Notes: generated by a model from the letters alone, not told the origin. Positions 31,449 to 42,220 are shown, counted from the stretch's first letter. The stretch is DNA of 64,000 bases from Candidatus Eiseniibacteriota bacterium (GCA_963707915.1 OY970178.1:1248001-1312000), one strand, 5' to 3'. Numbers and translations: made by a program.

Positions 31449-31526
31449 CGCTCGCCTCCTCGATACCCGTCCCCCCGCTCGGCGCGCCCTGGGGCGAGTG
31501 GCCGTGCCGGATACGGGGCCCTGTCG

Positions 31527-32912
31527 TCATGCACGCATCTCGCGCGGATGTCTGCCCGTGCGCCAGTGGGACTCGATCTGCTCCAGGCTCCGCCCCTTGG
31601 TCTCGGGCACCAGGACGTAGGCGAAGATCCAGGCGCCAATCCCGACCAGGCCAAACAGCCAGAAGGTCCCGGGGCGCCCGACGAACTGGATCAACGTGAG
31701 GAAGGTGAGCGCGACGAGCAGGTTCGCGCCCCAGTTGGCGACCGTGGCGATGCTCATGGCCACGCCGCGGATCGACAGCGGGTAGATCTCGGCGATCAGC
31801 AGCCAGAAGACCGGACCCAGACCGACGGCAAAGGCACCGACGTAGAGCATCAGGCTGCCGACGGCGATGGTCCCCAGGCTCCGGAGCGTCGGGAAGAGGA
31901 AGGCAGCCCCCAGCGCCACGAGGCTGACGACCATGACCGCCATGCCCACAAGCAACAAGGGCCGCCTGCCGACGCGGTCGAGAAGGATCAGTGCGACGAT
32001 CGTCATGACGACGTTGACGACCCCCACCCCGATGGTGGCCAGGATGGCGGCCGAGGCCGAGTGGAACCCGGCGGCCTGGAAGATGGTCGGAGCATAGTAG
32101 ATGACCGTGTTGATTCCCGTCGTCTGCTGGAAGATGGCCAGCCCGATGCCGGCGATCAGCGCCGGTCGCAGGTTCGGGTTCGCCAGCTCGGACCGGCCGC
32201 CGGGGCTCTCCGCCAGGCCCCCTTGGATCTCCTGCAGCTCGGCAGCGACCTCGGAGGTGCCGCGGATGCGTTGAAGCATCCGGCGCCCCTGCTCCACCCT
32301 TCCGACGCGGATGAGCCAGCGTGGGCTCTCCGGCAACAGCAGCATGCCGACGGCGAAGATCGCCGAGGGGAGCGCGGCCAGGGCGAGCATCCCCCGCCAG
32401 GCCCGCGTGCCCGACAGCGCGTAGTCTGCCAGGTAGGCGAGGACGATCCCGGTCGTCAGTGCCACCTGGTTGAAGGAGACGAGCCTGCCTCGGACCTCGA
32501 CGGGGGAAACCTCGGAGATGTAGAGGGGGGTGATGAAGGAGGCGAGCCCGATCGCCACGCCCACGATGACCCGCAACGTGACCAGCCAGAAGACGGAGGG
32601 AGCCAGGGCCGTGCCGAGTGCGCCCAGGGTGAAGAGGACAGCCGTGAAGACGAGGACCTTGCGACGGCCCAAGCGGTCGGCAAGCGTCCCCCCCGCGACC
32701 GCACCGATGACCGCCCCGAGCAGCACGGCGCTGACGACCACCTCCACGGCCGTCGCGGAGAGCATGAAGTCCTGGCGGATGAAGAGGATTGCCCCCGAGA
32801 TGACGCCTGTGTCGTATCCGAAGAGCATGCCGCCCAGGGCGGACACGGCGGCCGCCAGGTAGACGAAGCGGCTGCCACGGACGGACGAGTCATTGCGTGG
32901 AAGCGGATTCAT
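31527..32912 (-). CDS. Sugar porter MFS transporter
   Basis: FGYDTGVISG, DRLGRR, PESPRW, QQxTGIN, PETKG. Confidence 0.95.
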   Translation of the reverse strand: MNPLPRNDSSVRGSRFVYLAAAVSALGGMLFGYDTGVISGAILFIRQDFMLSATAVEVVVSAVLLGAVIGAVAGGTLADRLGRRKVLVFTAVLFTLGALGTALAPSVFWLVTLRVIVGVAIGLASFITPLYISEVSPVEVRGRLVSFNQVALTTGIVLAYLADYALSGTRAWRGMLALAALPSAIFAVGMLLLPESPRWLIRVGRVEQGRRMLQRIRGTSEVAAELQEIQGGLAESPGGRSELANPNLRPALIAGIGLAIFQQTTGINTVIYYAPTIFQAAGFHSASAAILATIGVGVVNVVMTIVALILLDRVGRRPLLLVGMAVMVVSLVALGAAFLFPTLRSLGTIAVGSLMLYVGAFAVGLGPVFWLLIAEIYPLSIRGVAMSIATVANWGANLLVALTFLTLIQFVGRPGTFWLFGLVGIGAWIFAYVLVPETKGRSLEQIESHWRTGRHPREMRA

Positions 32913-33003
32913 GGCTCATCGGCCGCTGAACGAAGCCCGCCGCCATCCAACGGCCCCTCCAGCATGAAGGGCACGCGCGGCATCTCGGCCTCGCCCCGCC
33001 CGG

Positions 33004-33273
33004 TCAAGCTCTCCCCGGGCGACCAGCGAATCGGTTGTACAACCACGCGAGCAGCAGCCCACCGACACCTCCATCCACGAGCCCGTAGGCCGTCCCCACG
33101 AGTACGTCTCCCGGCGTACGCGACACGTGGAACCCGGGATACAAGGAGCTGATCAACTGCAGGAATGCCGTCCCGTAGCTGCCACCCGCCATGTGGATCA
33201 GTCCGACGAGCAGGACTGCCCCACCCCAGAGCAATCCCGTCGCGATGCCCAAAGCCTTGCCCGACAGTCGCAT
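33004..33273 (-). CDS. Small 2-3 TM membrane protein
   Basis: ALGIATGLLWG...YPG...AWLYN. Confidence 0.7.
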   Translation of the reverse strand: MRLSGKALGIATGLLWGGAVLLVGLIHMAGGSYGTAFLQLISSLYPGFHVSRTPGDVLVGTAYGLVDGGVGGLLLAWLYNRFAGRPGRA

Positions 33274-33339
33274 GGAGCACCCTCCTCGCGAACGAGTCCT
33301 GGGAGCGGGTTCATTCGGCCGAGCCGTTCGCATGTTCGG

Positions 33340-34188
33340 TCAATTGGCCCCATGCGTGGCCGCTCCGCGGGTCACCTGGAGCCACTCCTCAAGGAAGTCA
33401 ACCACCGATTCGCACGTCGGAAGCCAGGCCGCAGCCAGGGTCGGTCGGTCGACCACGCCCACCCGGACGCCGAAGCCCCACTCCCTGACCGCCGCGAAGG
33501 CGTCTTCGTCGGTCGCATCGTCACCGACGAAGACCTCGAGCGAGTCCGGGGGAGCATGCGAGACCAACGAGAGAACCGCAGTGCCCTTGTTCCGACCATG
33601 AAGCCGCAACTCGACGCCGCCATTGATGCGCTCCAAGGCGACCTTGCCGTTCTCGGCCCCGGAGCGCCACAATTCCCACGCCGTCTCCTCCAGTTCATGG
33701 GCGAGTGCCGCCGAGCTTCCGCGAGTGTGGAGCACCAGGCCCGTACGCTTGCGCTCAAGGTATGCGCCCAGGCCCTTCTTCCGAGCCACTCGCTCTGCTC
33801 CGTCGAGCAGAGCCGCGTGGTCATGGGACAGCGGGTGCTTCACGACGGTGCCGTCTGGCATCCGCAGCTCCCACCCATGCTCGCCGACGGCGGTCACAGG
33901 CAGCGGGCCGAGGAGACGTTCGAGTTCGGCGACTGGCCGACCGGAGACGATGGCTACCGACGTCTCGCATTCGACTGCTATCGCCCTCAAGAGCGCCAGG
34001 GAGCGCGTTTGTGGCAGGGCCGAGTCGCGGACCACGTGGAACGGAGCCAGCGTGCCGTCATAGTCCAGCATCAGGAGCCGATGACGGGCCAGCAGAACCA
34101 GCCGCCAAAGCCGTCGGGGTATCCCCTCGAGTGGGTGCGGCGTCTCCACGTTCCCTTTGATCTCAGGCATCTGTGGTCCCGTGAGCAC
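33340..34188 (-). CDS. otsB: Trehalose-6-phosphate phosphatase (start may be 34170 or 34149)
   Basis: LDYDGTL, VSGR, GEHG, NKG, GDDATDEDAF. Confidence 0.9.
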   Translation of the reverse strand: MLTGPQMPEIKGNVETPHPLEGIPRRLWRLVLLARHRLLMLDYDGTLAPFHVVRDSALPQTRSLALLRAIAVECETSVAIVSGRPVAELERLLGPLPVTAVGEHGWELRMPDGTVVKHPLSHDHAALLDGAERVARKKGLGAYLERKRTGLVLHTRGSSAALAHELEETAWELWRSGAENGKVALERINGGVELRLHGRNKGTAVLSLVSHAPPDSLEVFVGDDATDEDAFAAVREWGFGVRVGVVDRPTLAAAWLPTCESVVDFLEEWLQVTRGAATHGAN

Positions 34189-34977
34189 CTAAGGATCTGA
34201 AGCCGGTCTCCTCGCGCCAGCACCATTGTGGGCGGAAGGAAGGCCCCGTGCCGTCCGCCGGGAGGAACTCGCGCTGTCCGCGCCCCTGCCTCGCGGACGC
34301 GCACTCGTCACAGGGCGCCCGGGCTTCGCGCCGCACTCGACCTCGTAGGTCATCACCATGGCCGCGATCGCACGGATGAACGCGTCGGGGACGATCGGTC
34401 GGATTCGGCCGGGTGACAGCGCCGCCGTCACGGACGTCATTCCAGAGACGGCTCCGAAGAGGATGCGAGCGACGTTCTGGCGGTCGCCCAGCCCCGGCAC
34501 CCCCTTGCCGCCCGGGGCCCGAAGCACGTCCGCCAGATCCTTCAGGTAGTCCAAGAGTGCTGCGCGGAGCGGGAGCCACTCAGGGCGATCGAACTTCAAC
34601 ATGCCCCGGATCTGGTGGAACACCCTCATCAGGTCGGGGTTGTCGGCGAAGAAGTCGACATGGGCACGCACGACACGGGCGATCAGGTCCGCATGGGATC
34701 GTGCCCCAGAGGTCGTCGTCTGGACATACTCGAGCAGCCTGTCGAACCCGTCGGCGGCGACCGCGTGAATGAGTTCGTCCTTGTTCGAGAAGTAGCCGTA
34801 GAGCGTGCCCTTGGCGATTCCGGCCTCAGTGGTGAGATCTTCGATGCGGGACTCGTAGAGCCCCTTCTGGCCGAACAGCTTCCGCCCCGCTGCCAGCAAA
34901 TCTCCGCGGGTGATGTGCTTGCGCCGCTCTCGCCGGCCGTGGCGCTGTGGCCTTTCGGGCACCTGGGATTCGGGCAT
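34189..34977 (-). CDS. TetR/AcrR family regulator
   Basis: IEDLTTEAGIAKGTLYGYFSNKDEL HTH. Confidence 0.88.
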   Translation of the reverse strand: MPESQVPERPQRHGRRERRKHITRGDLLAAGRKLFGQKGLYESRIEDLTTEAGIAKGTLYGYFSNKDELIHAVAADGFDRLLEYVQTTTSGARSHADLIARVVRAHVDFFADNPDLMRVFHQIRGMLKFDRPEWLPLRAALLDYLKDLADVLRAPGGKGVPGLGDRQNVARILFGAVSGMTSVTAALSPGRIRPIVPDAFIRAIAAMVMTYEVECGAKPGRPVTSARPRGRGADSASSSRRTARGLPSAHNGAGARRPASDP

Positions 34978-35003
34978 GCCAACCCTCCTACGTTGTTCAA
35001 CCT

Positions 35004-35025
35004 TGACCCGGCGGTCAGTTTTGAC
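35004..35025. promoter_or_regulatory. Palindromic operator candidate between tetR and otsA
   Basis: TGACC-CGGC-GGTCA overlapping GTCA-GTTT-TGAC; TTGACA on minus at 35041-35046. Confidence 0.5.
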
Positions 35026-35128
35026 TACTCTGCCCCTGGCTGTCAACTCCAAGGGTGGATCCCGCTCCTGTCGCCCGATCACATGGTGACACCAGTGGCA
35101 GGATGGAGTTCCACCGCCGGGAGGCTGA

Positions 35129-36739
35129 ATGGACATCGGAGCCCGCACCCGATCCGCGCTGAGCCGAGCGGCCATCCGCAGCCAGCAGCGCACTGAAGGC
35201 CCCCCGCGCACGACCCGCAGCGAGTTGGTCGAGTGGGCCCGGGCTCATCTCCCCGACCGCAAGCTTATCGTGGTCTCGAACCGGGAACCCTACTCCCACG
35301 TCCACCGGGGCGACCACATCCAGGCGATCCGAAATGCTGGCGGTCTCACGGTGGCACTCGACGCCGTGATGCAGGCGCTCGGCGGGGTGTGGGTTGCGCA
35401 CGGGAGCGGCGATGCCGACCGTGAGGTCGTCGACGCCCGTGACCGTGTGGCCTGTCCCCCGGACCGTCCGCGCTACACGCTGCGGCGACTGTGGCTCACC
35501 CACGAGGACCATGCTCGCTACTACTCCGGCTTCGCCAACAGCGCCCTGTGGCCCCTGTGCCATGTGGTGTACGTGCGTCCGCGCTTTCACCTGGCGGATT
35601 GGGAGTCCTACCGCGAGGTCAACCGGCGGTTCGCCGAGGCCGTGCTCGAGGAAGTGGAGGATCGTCCCGCGCTCGTGTTCATCCAGGACTACCACCTGGC
35701 GCTGGCCGCCCGCTTCATCAAGGAACACCGTCCGGACCTCCAGGTGGCCATGTTCTGGCACATCCCGTGGCCCAACCCCGAAGTGTTCCGCGTGCTGCCG
35801 TGGAAGCAGGAGATCCTCGAGGGCATGCTGGCGAACGACGTCGTGGGATTCCACATTCGCCGGCATGCGATGAACTTCCTGGATACGGTGGCGGAGACCC
35901 TCGAGGCCCGGGTGGACCTGGAGCGATTCGCCGTCGACCGTGCCAGCAAGCGCACCTGGGTTCATCCGTTCGCGATCAGCGTGGACGCCGAGGAGATCGC
36001 CGCGCTCGCTGAGGCCCCCGAGACCCGGCGGGCCGAGAGCGAAATCCGTGAGCGTCTGGGCCTGGAGGGATGCAAGGTCGGACTGGGCGTGGACCGCCTC
36101 GACTACACCAAGGGCATTCCCGAACGGTTCGAAGCTCTCGAACGGATGTTCGAGAAGCACCCCGAGTGGCAGGGCCGCTTCGCCTTCATCCAGATCGGCG
36201 TGCCCTCCCGCATCGAGTTGCGGGAGTACCGTAACGTGCAGGTCCGGGCGCGGCGCTGGGCCGAGGACCTGAACCGCCGCTACCCCCGGGCGGCGGGGCC
36301 TACCGTGCATCTGATCGAGGCCAATCTCGACTTCCGGGAGTTGGTCCCCTACTACCGGATGGCGGACCTGTGCACCGTCACGTCGCTCCACGACGGTATG
36401 AATCTCGTCGCCAAGGAGTACCTCGCCGCCTCGCCGGACCTGGAAGGCACGTTGGTCCTGTCCCCCTTCACGGGGGCGGCCCGCGAGTTGGAGCGCGCGT
36501 GGATCGCATCGCCCTACGACCGTGAAGGCCTGGCCGACGCGTATCACGACGCTCTGTCCGCCGATCCCGACGCGCGCCGCGAGCGCATGGCGGCGCTGCG
36601 CGAGACCGTCCTGCGGCGCAACATCTTTGACTGGATGCTCGACGTGCTCGACACGATCGTCGGCGTGAACCTCAGAACCCCCACCCAGGAGCCGTCGGTG
36701 GCGAGTCCAACCACCGAGGGCGGAGTGCCGTCCGGCTGA
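35129..36739 (+). CDS. otsA: Trehalose-6-phosphate synthase (GT20)
   Basis: VSNREP, GGL, QDYHL, FWHIPWP, VDRLDYTKG, DGMNLVAKEY. Confidence 0.93.
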   Translation: MDIGARTRSALSRAAIRSQQRTEGPPRTTRSELVEWARAHLPDRKLIVVSNREPYSHVHRGDHIQAIRNAGGLTVALDAVMQALGGVWVAHGSGDADREVVDARDRVACPPDRPRYTLRRLWLTHEDHARYYSGFANSALWPLCHVVYVRPRFHLADWESYREVNRRFAEAVLEEVEDRPALVFIQDYHLALAARFIKEHRPDLQVAMFWHIPWPNPEVFRVLPWKQEILEGMLANDVVGFHIRRHAMNFLDTVAETLEARVDLERFAVDRASKRTWVHPFAISVDAEEIAALAEAPETRRAESEIRERLGLEGCKVGLGVDRLDYTKGIPERFEALERMFEKHPEWQGRFAFIQIGVPSRIELREYRNVQVRARRWAEDLNRRYPRAAGPTVHLIEANLDFRELVPYYRMADLCTVTSLHDGMNLVAKEYLAASPDLEGTLVLSPFTGAARELERAWIASPYDREGLADAYHDALSADPDARRERMAALRETVLRRNIFDWMLDVLDTIVGVNLRTPTQEPSVASPTTEGGVPSG

Positions 36740-36766
36740 CGCTGGACGAGTCCAGGAGGTGATCTC

Positions 36767-37471
36767 ATGTGGACCCTGGTCATCCTTCAAGTGGAGCCAT
36801 GGTCGGATGTCCTTGGCCGGTTGGGCGAGATGGGTCGAGGCGCTGAGCGAGGGGCGCTCGGTCTCCTGATCGCAGTCGTAGTGATGTTCGTGGGCTGGGG
36901 CGTTGCAACCCTCGTCTCCCGTCTCGTCCGAGGCTTGTTGCGCGCCCTCAAGTTCGACGAAGGCGTCCGGGGCTTGATCGGCGAGCGCGCGGCGGCCCGG
37001 CACGAGCCGGCCGACGTGGCCGCCTGGGCGATCTACTGGCTCGTGATCGGCTTCACGGCCCTGCTCGCCCTCGAGATGCTCGGATTCAACCTCGCCGCCT
37101 CGGTCGGTGACCGCCTCAACGAGGTCGTCCCCCGAATCGTGACTTCGGCCGTGCTGTTCGCGGTCGGCTCCCTGATCGCCATGCTGCTAGGGAGTGTCAC
37201 ACGGCGCTTCCTCGAGACCGCCGGGATCCGCGCCGCCAGGCTCCAGGGCCAGGTCGTCGCCGTCGTGTTGACGGGCTTCGCCGCCCTGCTGGCGCTCGAG
37301 CAGCTTGGCTTCGCAGCGCAGTTCGTCATGGCCCTGGGCATCGTCGCCGTGGCCGCCGCAGGCCTGGGCCTCGCCCTGGCGTTCGGGCTCGGGTGCCGCG
37401 AGCTGGCCCGGGACTTCGTGGTCGAGTACCTGCGATCTCTCGACGAGGAGCCGCCGAAGAGGCCCGACTGA
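36767..37471 (+). CDS. TM_helix / CmpX-like mechanosensitive-channel-associated membrane protein
   Basis: Repeated PxIxxAxxxxxxG helices, ALEQLG, LAFGLG. Confidence 0.7.
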   Translation: MWTLVILQVEPWSDVLGRLGEMGRGAERGALGLLIAVVVMFVGWGVATLVSRLVRGLLRALKFDEGVRGLIGERAAARHEPADVAAWAIYWLVIGFTALLALEMLGFNLAASVGDRLNEVVPRIVTSAVLFAVGSLIAMLLGSVTRRFLETAGIRAARLQGQVVAVVLTGFAALLALEQLGFAAQFVMALGIVAVAAAGLGLALAFGLGCRELARDFVVEYLRSLDEEPPKRPD

Positions 37472-38226
37472 TGGTGGATCCGGCTGCATTCGAGTTCAGG
37501 GCGGTCGCGCACCTGATCCAGCCGTGGGGAACCCCAGCCCGCGACCTGGACCAACTGCGGGACGGCATCGCGTCGGCACCGATCGAGGTCCTCTTCCACC
37601 ACACGGTCCAGTACCAGTTGCGCCACCCGGGAGCCGAGGAGCTGCCGCCGGACGATTTCAGCGCCTGGATCGGCGGCGTCGTGCAGGATGCCGAAACGGC
37701 CGAGCGACTGTCGTTCGCCGTACAGAGCGGGAACACGTCAGCGGCGTCCGTCAGGACTGTAATTCTCGAGGTCCTCGAGGCGCTGCCTGCGAGGCGCCGC
37801 CGAGACCGGGATGCGCCCGAAGAGAGTGCGTTCCTCTTCCTGTCCACGACGTCGGTCGAATTCTCGACGGGAGCCTTCGCCCATGACGGCCAAGAGCTCA
37901 TGGAAGCGTTGCTCGGGGCGGATGCCGGGGTGTGGTTCTACCATCTTGTCCAGGAGCCGTGGTTCCAGGAGGGGCGCGCGTCCCTCCTGAACTGGTTGCT
38001 GACCACTCGAGATCACCGCCTAGCGAGGTGGCTGGAGGACGCGGCGGGCTCGGGTCTGCCCATCGAGAAGGCGCGGGCACAAGTCCACCGGCGCTGGCGG
38101 CAGAGCCGCATCGCGAGACACGTCACGGAAGCGGCGGCTTCGCCGGAGGACGCGCGCCGGGAGGCCGGACGCCAAGCCGTGGCGCGCCTCGTGCGCCGCG
38201 TCACGCGCCTGGAAGAATCGTCATGA
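37471..38226 (+). CDS. DUF5752 (OrfY-like) protein
   Basis: FEF, LFHH, DDFSAWI, FYH; lies directly before treT. Confidence 0.7.
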   Translation: MVDPAAFEFRAVAHLIQPWGTPARDLDQLRDGIASAPIEVLFHHTVQYQLRHPGAEELPPDDFSAWIGGVVQDAETAERLSFAVQSGNTSAASVRTVILEVLEALPARRRRDRDAPEESAFLFLSTTSVEFSTGAFAHDGQELMEALLGADAGVWFYHLVQEPWFQEGRASLLNWLLTTRDHRLARWLEDAAGSGLPIEKARAQVHRRWRQSRIARHVTEAAASPEDARREAGRQAVARLVRRVTRLEESS

Positions 38227-39476
38227 GCCTGGTCGAGATCCGCACCGATGGGACCTCCCTGGTGGACGGCTATCGAGCGGTGGTCGGCGACGGACCGATG
38301 CGTGCTCTGGAGGCTTTGGCTCGGCGCCTTCAAAAGCACAGGATCGCGATGGTCAACGCCACGGCCTCCGGCGGCGGCGTGGCCGAGATCCTGCACCGGC
38401 TCGTGCCCCTGCTGAACGAACTGGGAGTTCCCACGACGTGGGAGGTGATGCCCGGCGACGCTCGTTTCTACGAAATCACCAAGACCATTCACAACGCGCT
38501 CCACGGCGGGCCAGGCACGCTTACGCAGGAGGACCGCGACTACTTCCTCGAGATGAACCGACGGGCGGCCGCAGAGCTGGCCCTGGACGCCGACCTCGTG
38601 CTCGTACACGACCCCCAGCCGGCCGCGGTCGCCGAGCTGCGGCGCCGTACCGGCCAGCACTGGGTGTGGCGCTGTCACATCGATCTCTCCCGGGCCGACC
38701 GGGACGTTCTCGACTTCGTAGTCACCCGGGTCGGTCACTACGACGCGGCCGTCTTCTCCCATGTCACCTTCGTCCCCCTGCTGCCCACAGCGGGCTACAT
38801 CGCGCCGCCCTCCATCGACCCGCTCTCGGACAAGAACTGCGAACTCACCGAGCGCGAGGTGGATGTCCTCCTCGAGCCGTTCGATCTGCCGCGGGACACG
38901 CCGCTCGTGACGCAGGTCTCGCGCTTCGACCGGCTCAAGGATCCGCTGGGGGTCATCGAGGCGTTCCTGCTGGCACGCCGCCGGGAGAAGGCGCACCTGG
39001 TTCTTGCTGGCGGCACCGCGGACGACGACCCCGAGGGCGCCGCAGTGCTGGCGGAGGTGCAGGAGAAGGCGGCCGGACGCAAGGATGTTTCAATCCTGGC
39101 GCTGCCCCCGGATTCGCATCGAGTCATCAACGCCCTGCAGCGACGTTCGGCCGTGGTCGTCCAAAAGTCCCTGCGGGAGGGATTCGCCCTGACAGTGTCG
39201 GAGGCGCTGTGGAAACGCCGCGGTGTGGTGGCGAGCGCCGTAGGCGGGATTCCCCTGCAGGTGATTCACGAGCGGACGGGCATGCTCGTCCGCTCGGTCG
39301 AGGGGTGCGCTCTCCAGATCACGCGGTTGCTGAGAGACTCGTCATTGCGTCGCAGGCTGGGCCGGGAAGGCCGGGAGCATGTCCGGGATAACTTTCTCCA
39401 CCCACGCGAAGTACGCGACTACCTTGCCCTCTTCGCGCATCTGCTGGAACGCGGCACCGAGGCCCATGACCGATAG
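38223..39476 (+). CDS. treT: Trehalose synthase TreT-like glycosyltransferase
   Basis: [54 protein letters not shown]. Confidence 0.88.
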   Translation: MSLVEIRTDGTSLVDGYRAVVGDGPMRALEALARRLQKHRIAMVNATASGGGVAEILHRLVPLLNELGVPTTWEVMPGDARFYEITKTIHNALHGGPGTLTQEDRDYFLEMNRRAAAELALDADLVLVHDPQPAAVAELRRRTGQHWVWRCHIDLSRADRDVLDFVVTRVGHYDAAVFSHVTFVPLLPTAGYIAPPSIDPLSDKNCELTEREVDVLLEPFDLPRDTPLVTQVSRFDRLKDPLGVIEAFLLARRREKAHLVLAGGTADDDPEGAAVLAEVQEKAAGRKDVSILALPPDSHRVINALQRRSAVVVQKSLREGFALTVSEALWKRRGVVASAVGGIPLQVIHERTGMLVRSVEGCALQITRLLRDSSLRRRLGREGREHVRDNFLHPREVRDYLALFAHLLERGTEAHDR

Positions 39477-39538
39477 CACGTGGCCGCTTGCGAAGCCGGG
39501 GCGAACCCCGGCAGGATCTCATGGTCAGGAGGAGACGT

Positions 39539-40066
39539 ATGCGACACCCAAGTTCGCGTCTTGTCTCGATTCTGCTCATTGCCATGCTCGCCCTCGTGGG
39601 CGCAGGCTGCGCCAAGAAGGCCAAGGAGGCACCGCCGACGCCGCCTCCGCCACCGCCGATCACGAAGCCTGCGGAACCGGCGCCGACTCCTCCGCCACCA
39701 CCGCCGCCTCCGGCTCCGACACCCAAGATCACTGCGAGCAACTTCTCGGATGCCTTCTATGACTTCGACTCCTATGCGCTCCGCGCCGATGCCCAGGCTG
39801 CGCTGGACAAGGATGCCAAGGTGCTGCGGGACAACCCGGACGTGAGCATCACGATCGAGGGTCATTGCGACGAGCGGGGAACGGTTGAGTACAACCTCGC
39901 GCTCGGGGAGAAGCGTGCGAACGCGGCCCGCGACTACCTGGTGAATGCCGGCGTGCCGACCGCGCGCATCCAGACCGTGTCCTACGGCAAGGAGCGCCCT
40001 TTCGCCGAGGGGCACGACGAGGCGGCATGGGCGCAGAATCGGAGGGCGCACGTTGTGCTCCGGTGA
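39539..40066 (+). CDS. pal: Peptidoglycan-associated lipoprotein (OmpA_C)
   Basis: Lipobox [34 protein letters not shown]. Confidence 0.9.
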   Translation: MRHPSSRLVSILLIAMLALVGAGCAKKAKEAPPTPPPPPPITKPAEPAPTPPPPPPPPAPTPKITASNFSDAFYDFDSYALRADAQAALDKDAKVLRDNPDVSITIEGHCDERGTVEYNLALGEKRANAARDYLVNAGVPTARIQTVSYGKERPFAEGHDEAAWAQNRRAHVVLR

Positions 40067-40172
40067 GGATCTCGGGCTGCGCTGAACGACGGCCCTCGTT
40101 CATTCTCTGCGCGCGTCGGGGCGGGTCATACCCGGGCCCGCCCCGTGTGCTCCGTACGGGAGATCGCACCGG

Positions 40173-42005
40173 ATGCCGTTCCAACACATCGCAAGACACG
40201 CTGAAAGGTGGGGGCTGGATGCGGTCGGGCGCGCGCTTGCCCTCAGCTCACTCGTCGGTGTGGTGGCGGGAACGGGCGCAATCGTCTTCCAAGTCCTCTG
40301 CCAGGGCGCCCAGCACCTTCTGTTGGATCGGCTTGCCGGGGCCCGACTCGAAGGCCCGGCAGGGGAGCTGGCGCTCTTCGCCTCGACGACGACGCCCTTC
40401 CGTCCATGGATGCTCCCCGTCGTAACCGCCCTGGGCGGGCTCCTGACCGGGATCATCGTCCAGCGGTTCGCCCCCGAGGCGGCGGGCCACGGGACCGACG
40501 AGGCCGTGGACGCCTTCCACCGCCGCGGTGGCGTCATCCGCGGGCGCGTGCCGATCATCAAGACCATCGCCTCGGCGATCACCCTGGGTTCGGGGGGTTC
40601 GGGGGGGCGAGAAGGACCGATCGCGCAGATCGGCGCCGGCTTCGGGTCGTTCCTCGCGACGAAGCTGAGGCTCAGCGAGCGGGATCGGCGCATCCTGCTC
40701 GCGGCCGGCGTAGGCGCGGGCGTCGGGAGCATCTTCCGTGCACCCCTGGCGGGCGCGCTGTTCGCGGCGGAGGTCCTCTACTCCGATCCCGAATTCGAGC
40801 CGGACGTCATCATCCCGGCCGCCATCTCGACGATCATCGCCTACTGCGTGTTCTCCCTGAAGTTCGGCTTCGCCCCGCTCTTCGCGACCCCGCACTTCGC
40901 GTTCCATTCGGCGGCTGAACTGATCCCCTACACCGGCCTCGCGGTCGTGGTGGCCCTCGGCGCGATCGCGTTCGTGAAGGTCTTCTATGGCATGCACGCC
41001 GTCTTCAATCGTCTCGGCATCCCGAAGTTCCTGAAGCCTATGGTGGGAGGCCTGCTGACCGGTGGGCTGGCCCTGGTGGCCTACTACACGCTGCGGGATT
41101 CCCGCACGCTGGACGTCCTCGCCTTCGGGTACGGCTCCATCCAGCATGCGTTGCGGGGCGAGCTCCCCATCGTCCTGCTGCTGGTACTGGCGGGCGGGAA
41201 GATCCTCACCACGTCGTTCTCGATCGGCTCGGGGGGCTCGGGCGGCGTCTTCGGACCCTCCATGGTGATCGGCGGGGCGCTCGGGGGCGCGGTCGGGCTC
41301 GTCGCGCAGCAGTGGATGCCCGAAGTCGTCACGCAGCCCGGCGCGTTCGTGGCGGTCGGGATGGCGGGGTTCTTCTCAGCCGCTGCCAACACGCCCATCT
41401 CGACGCTCGTCATGGTCTCGGAGATGACGGGGAACTACCAACTGCTCCTGCCCGCGCTCTGGGTCTGCTCCCTCTCCTACCTGCTGGCACGGCGCTGGAC
41501 CCTCTACCGCAGCCAGGTTCGTTCCCGGCTCGATTCGCCGGCGCACCGCGGGGCGATCCTCGGTGGGATCCTGCAGGCCCTGCGCGTGCGGGACGTCCTG
41601 GGCGACCGGCCACTCCATACCGTGCAGGAGACGGCTTCGATGCGCGAAGTGATCCAGGCCTGCATGCGGTCCTCACAGCACAGCTATCCGGTCGTCGATG
41701 AGAGGGGACAGATGACCGGACTCATCACGCTGGCCCAGGTCCGGCAGTTCCTCGACGAGCACGACGAGACCGTTCCGGTCATTGCCCAGGACCTTGCTTC
41801 ACGGCCGCGGGCGAACCTGTCGCCCGACGACGATCTCGACACCGCCCTCCAGCGGCTGATGTCCTTGGACGCGGAGGACCTCCCGGTGGTCGAGGCCGGG
41901 AACCCGCCGCGGGTACTGGGGCTCCTCTCCCGCCGGGACATCATGGTGGCCTACGCCGGACGGCGGCTCGAGGGCGGACAACTGACGCGTCCGCCCTCAG
42001 GCTAG
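40173..42005 (+). CDS. ClC chloride channel/antiporter with CBS pair
   Basis: GHGTD, GREGP, GGVFGP; C-terminal CBS domains. Confidence 0.92.
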   Translation: MPFQHIARHAERWGLDAVGRALALSSLVGVVAGTGAIVFQVLCQGAQHLLLDRLAGARLEGPAGELALFASTTTPFRPWMLPVVTALGGLLTGIIVQRFAPEAAGHGTDEAVDAFHRRGGVIRGRVPIIKTIASAITLGSGGSGGREGPIAQIGAGFGSFLATKLRLSERDRRILLAAGVGAGVGSIFRAPLAGALFAAEVLYSDPEFEPDVIIPAAISTIIAYCVFSLKFGFAPLFATPHFAFHSAAELIPYTGLAVVVALGAIAFVKVFYGMHAVFNRLGIPKFLKPMVGGLLTGGLALVAYYTLRDSRTLDVLAFGYGSIQHALRGELPIVLLLVLAGGKILTTSFSIGSGGSGGVFGPSMVIGGALGGAVGLVAQQWMPEVVTQPGAFVAVGMAGFFSAAANTPISTLVMVSEMTGNYQLLLPALWVCSLSYLLARRWTLYRSQVRSRLDSPAHRGAILGGILQALRVRDVLGDRPLHTVQETASMREVIQACMRSSQHSYPVVDERGQMTGLITLAQVRQFLDEHDETVPVIAQDLASRPRANLSPDDDLDTALQRLMSLDAEDLPVVEAGNPPRVLGLLSRRDIMVAYAGRRLEGGQLTRPPSG

Positions 42006-42180
42006 TCGCGGCAATCTCGGGGCTTCCGGCACCCCGCCGAGGCACCCGATAAGCAGGGGGCCTACATCTGCTGGCGCCCGTGGCGTCAGGCTTCCAGAGC
42101 ACCTGCCTACTCGGCAGTTATCTCTCCGTCCATCTGGCTCGCCCCCCCGTGTACCTGAATTGGGCCTGCTTGAAAGTCCG

Positions 42181-42220
42181 TACCTGTCCGCTCTTGTCCC
42201 CTCCTGTCCGCTCCTGTCCG
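42181..42220. repeat. Four tandem 10-bp imperfect repeats (consensus CTCCTGTCCG)
   Basis: TACCTGTCCG CTCTTGTCCC CTCCTGTCCG CTCCTGTCCG. Confidence 0.85.

Noticed and set aside
33004..33273. Holin-like small membrane protein as prophage evidence
   Set aside because: No endolysin, structural or replication phage genes anywhere in the window
39630..39725. CCG/CCA/CCT repeats
   Set aside because: They simply encode the proline linker of Pal
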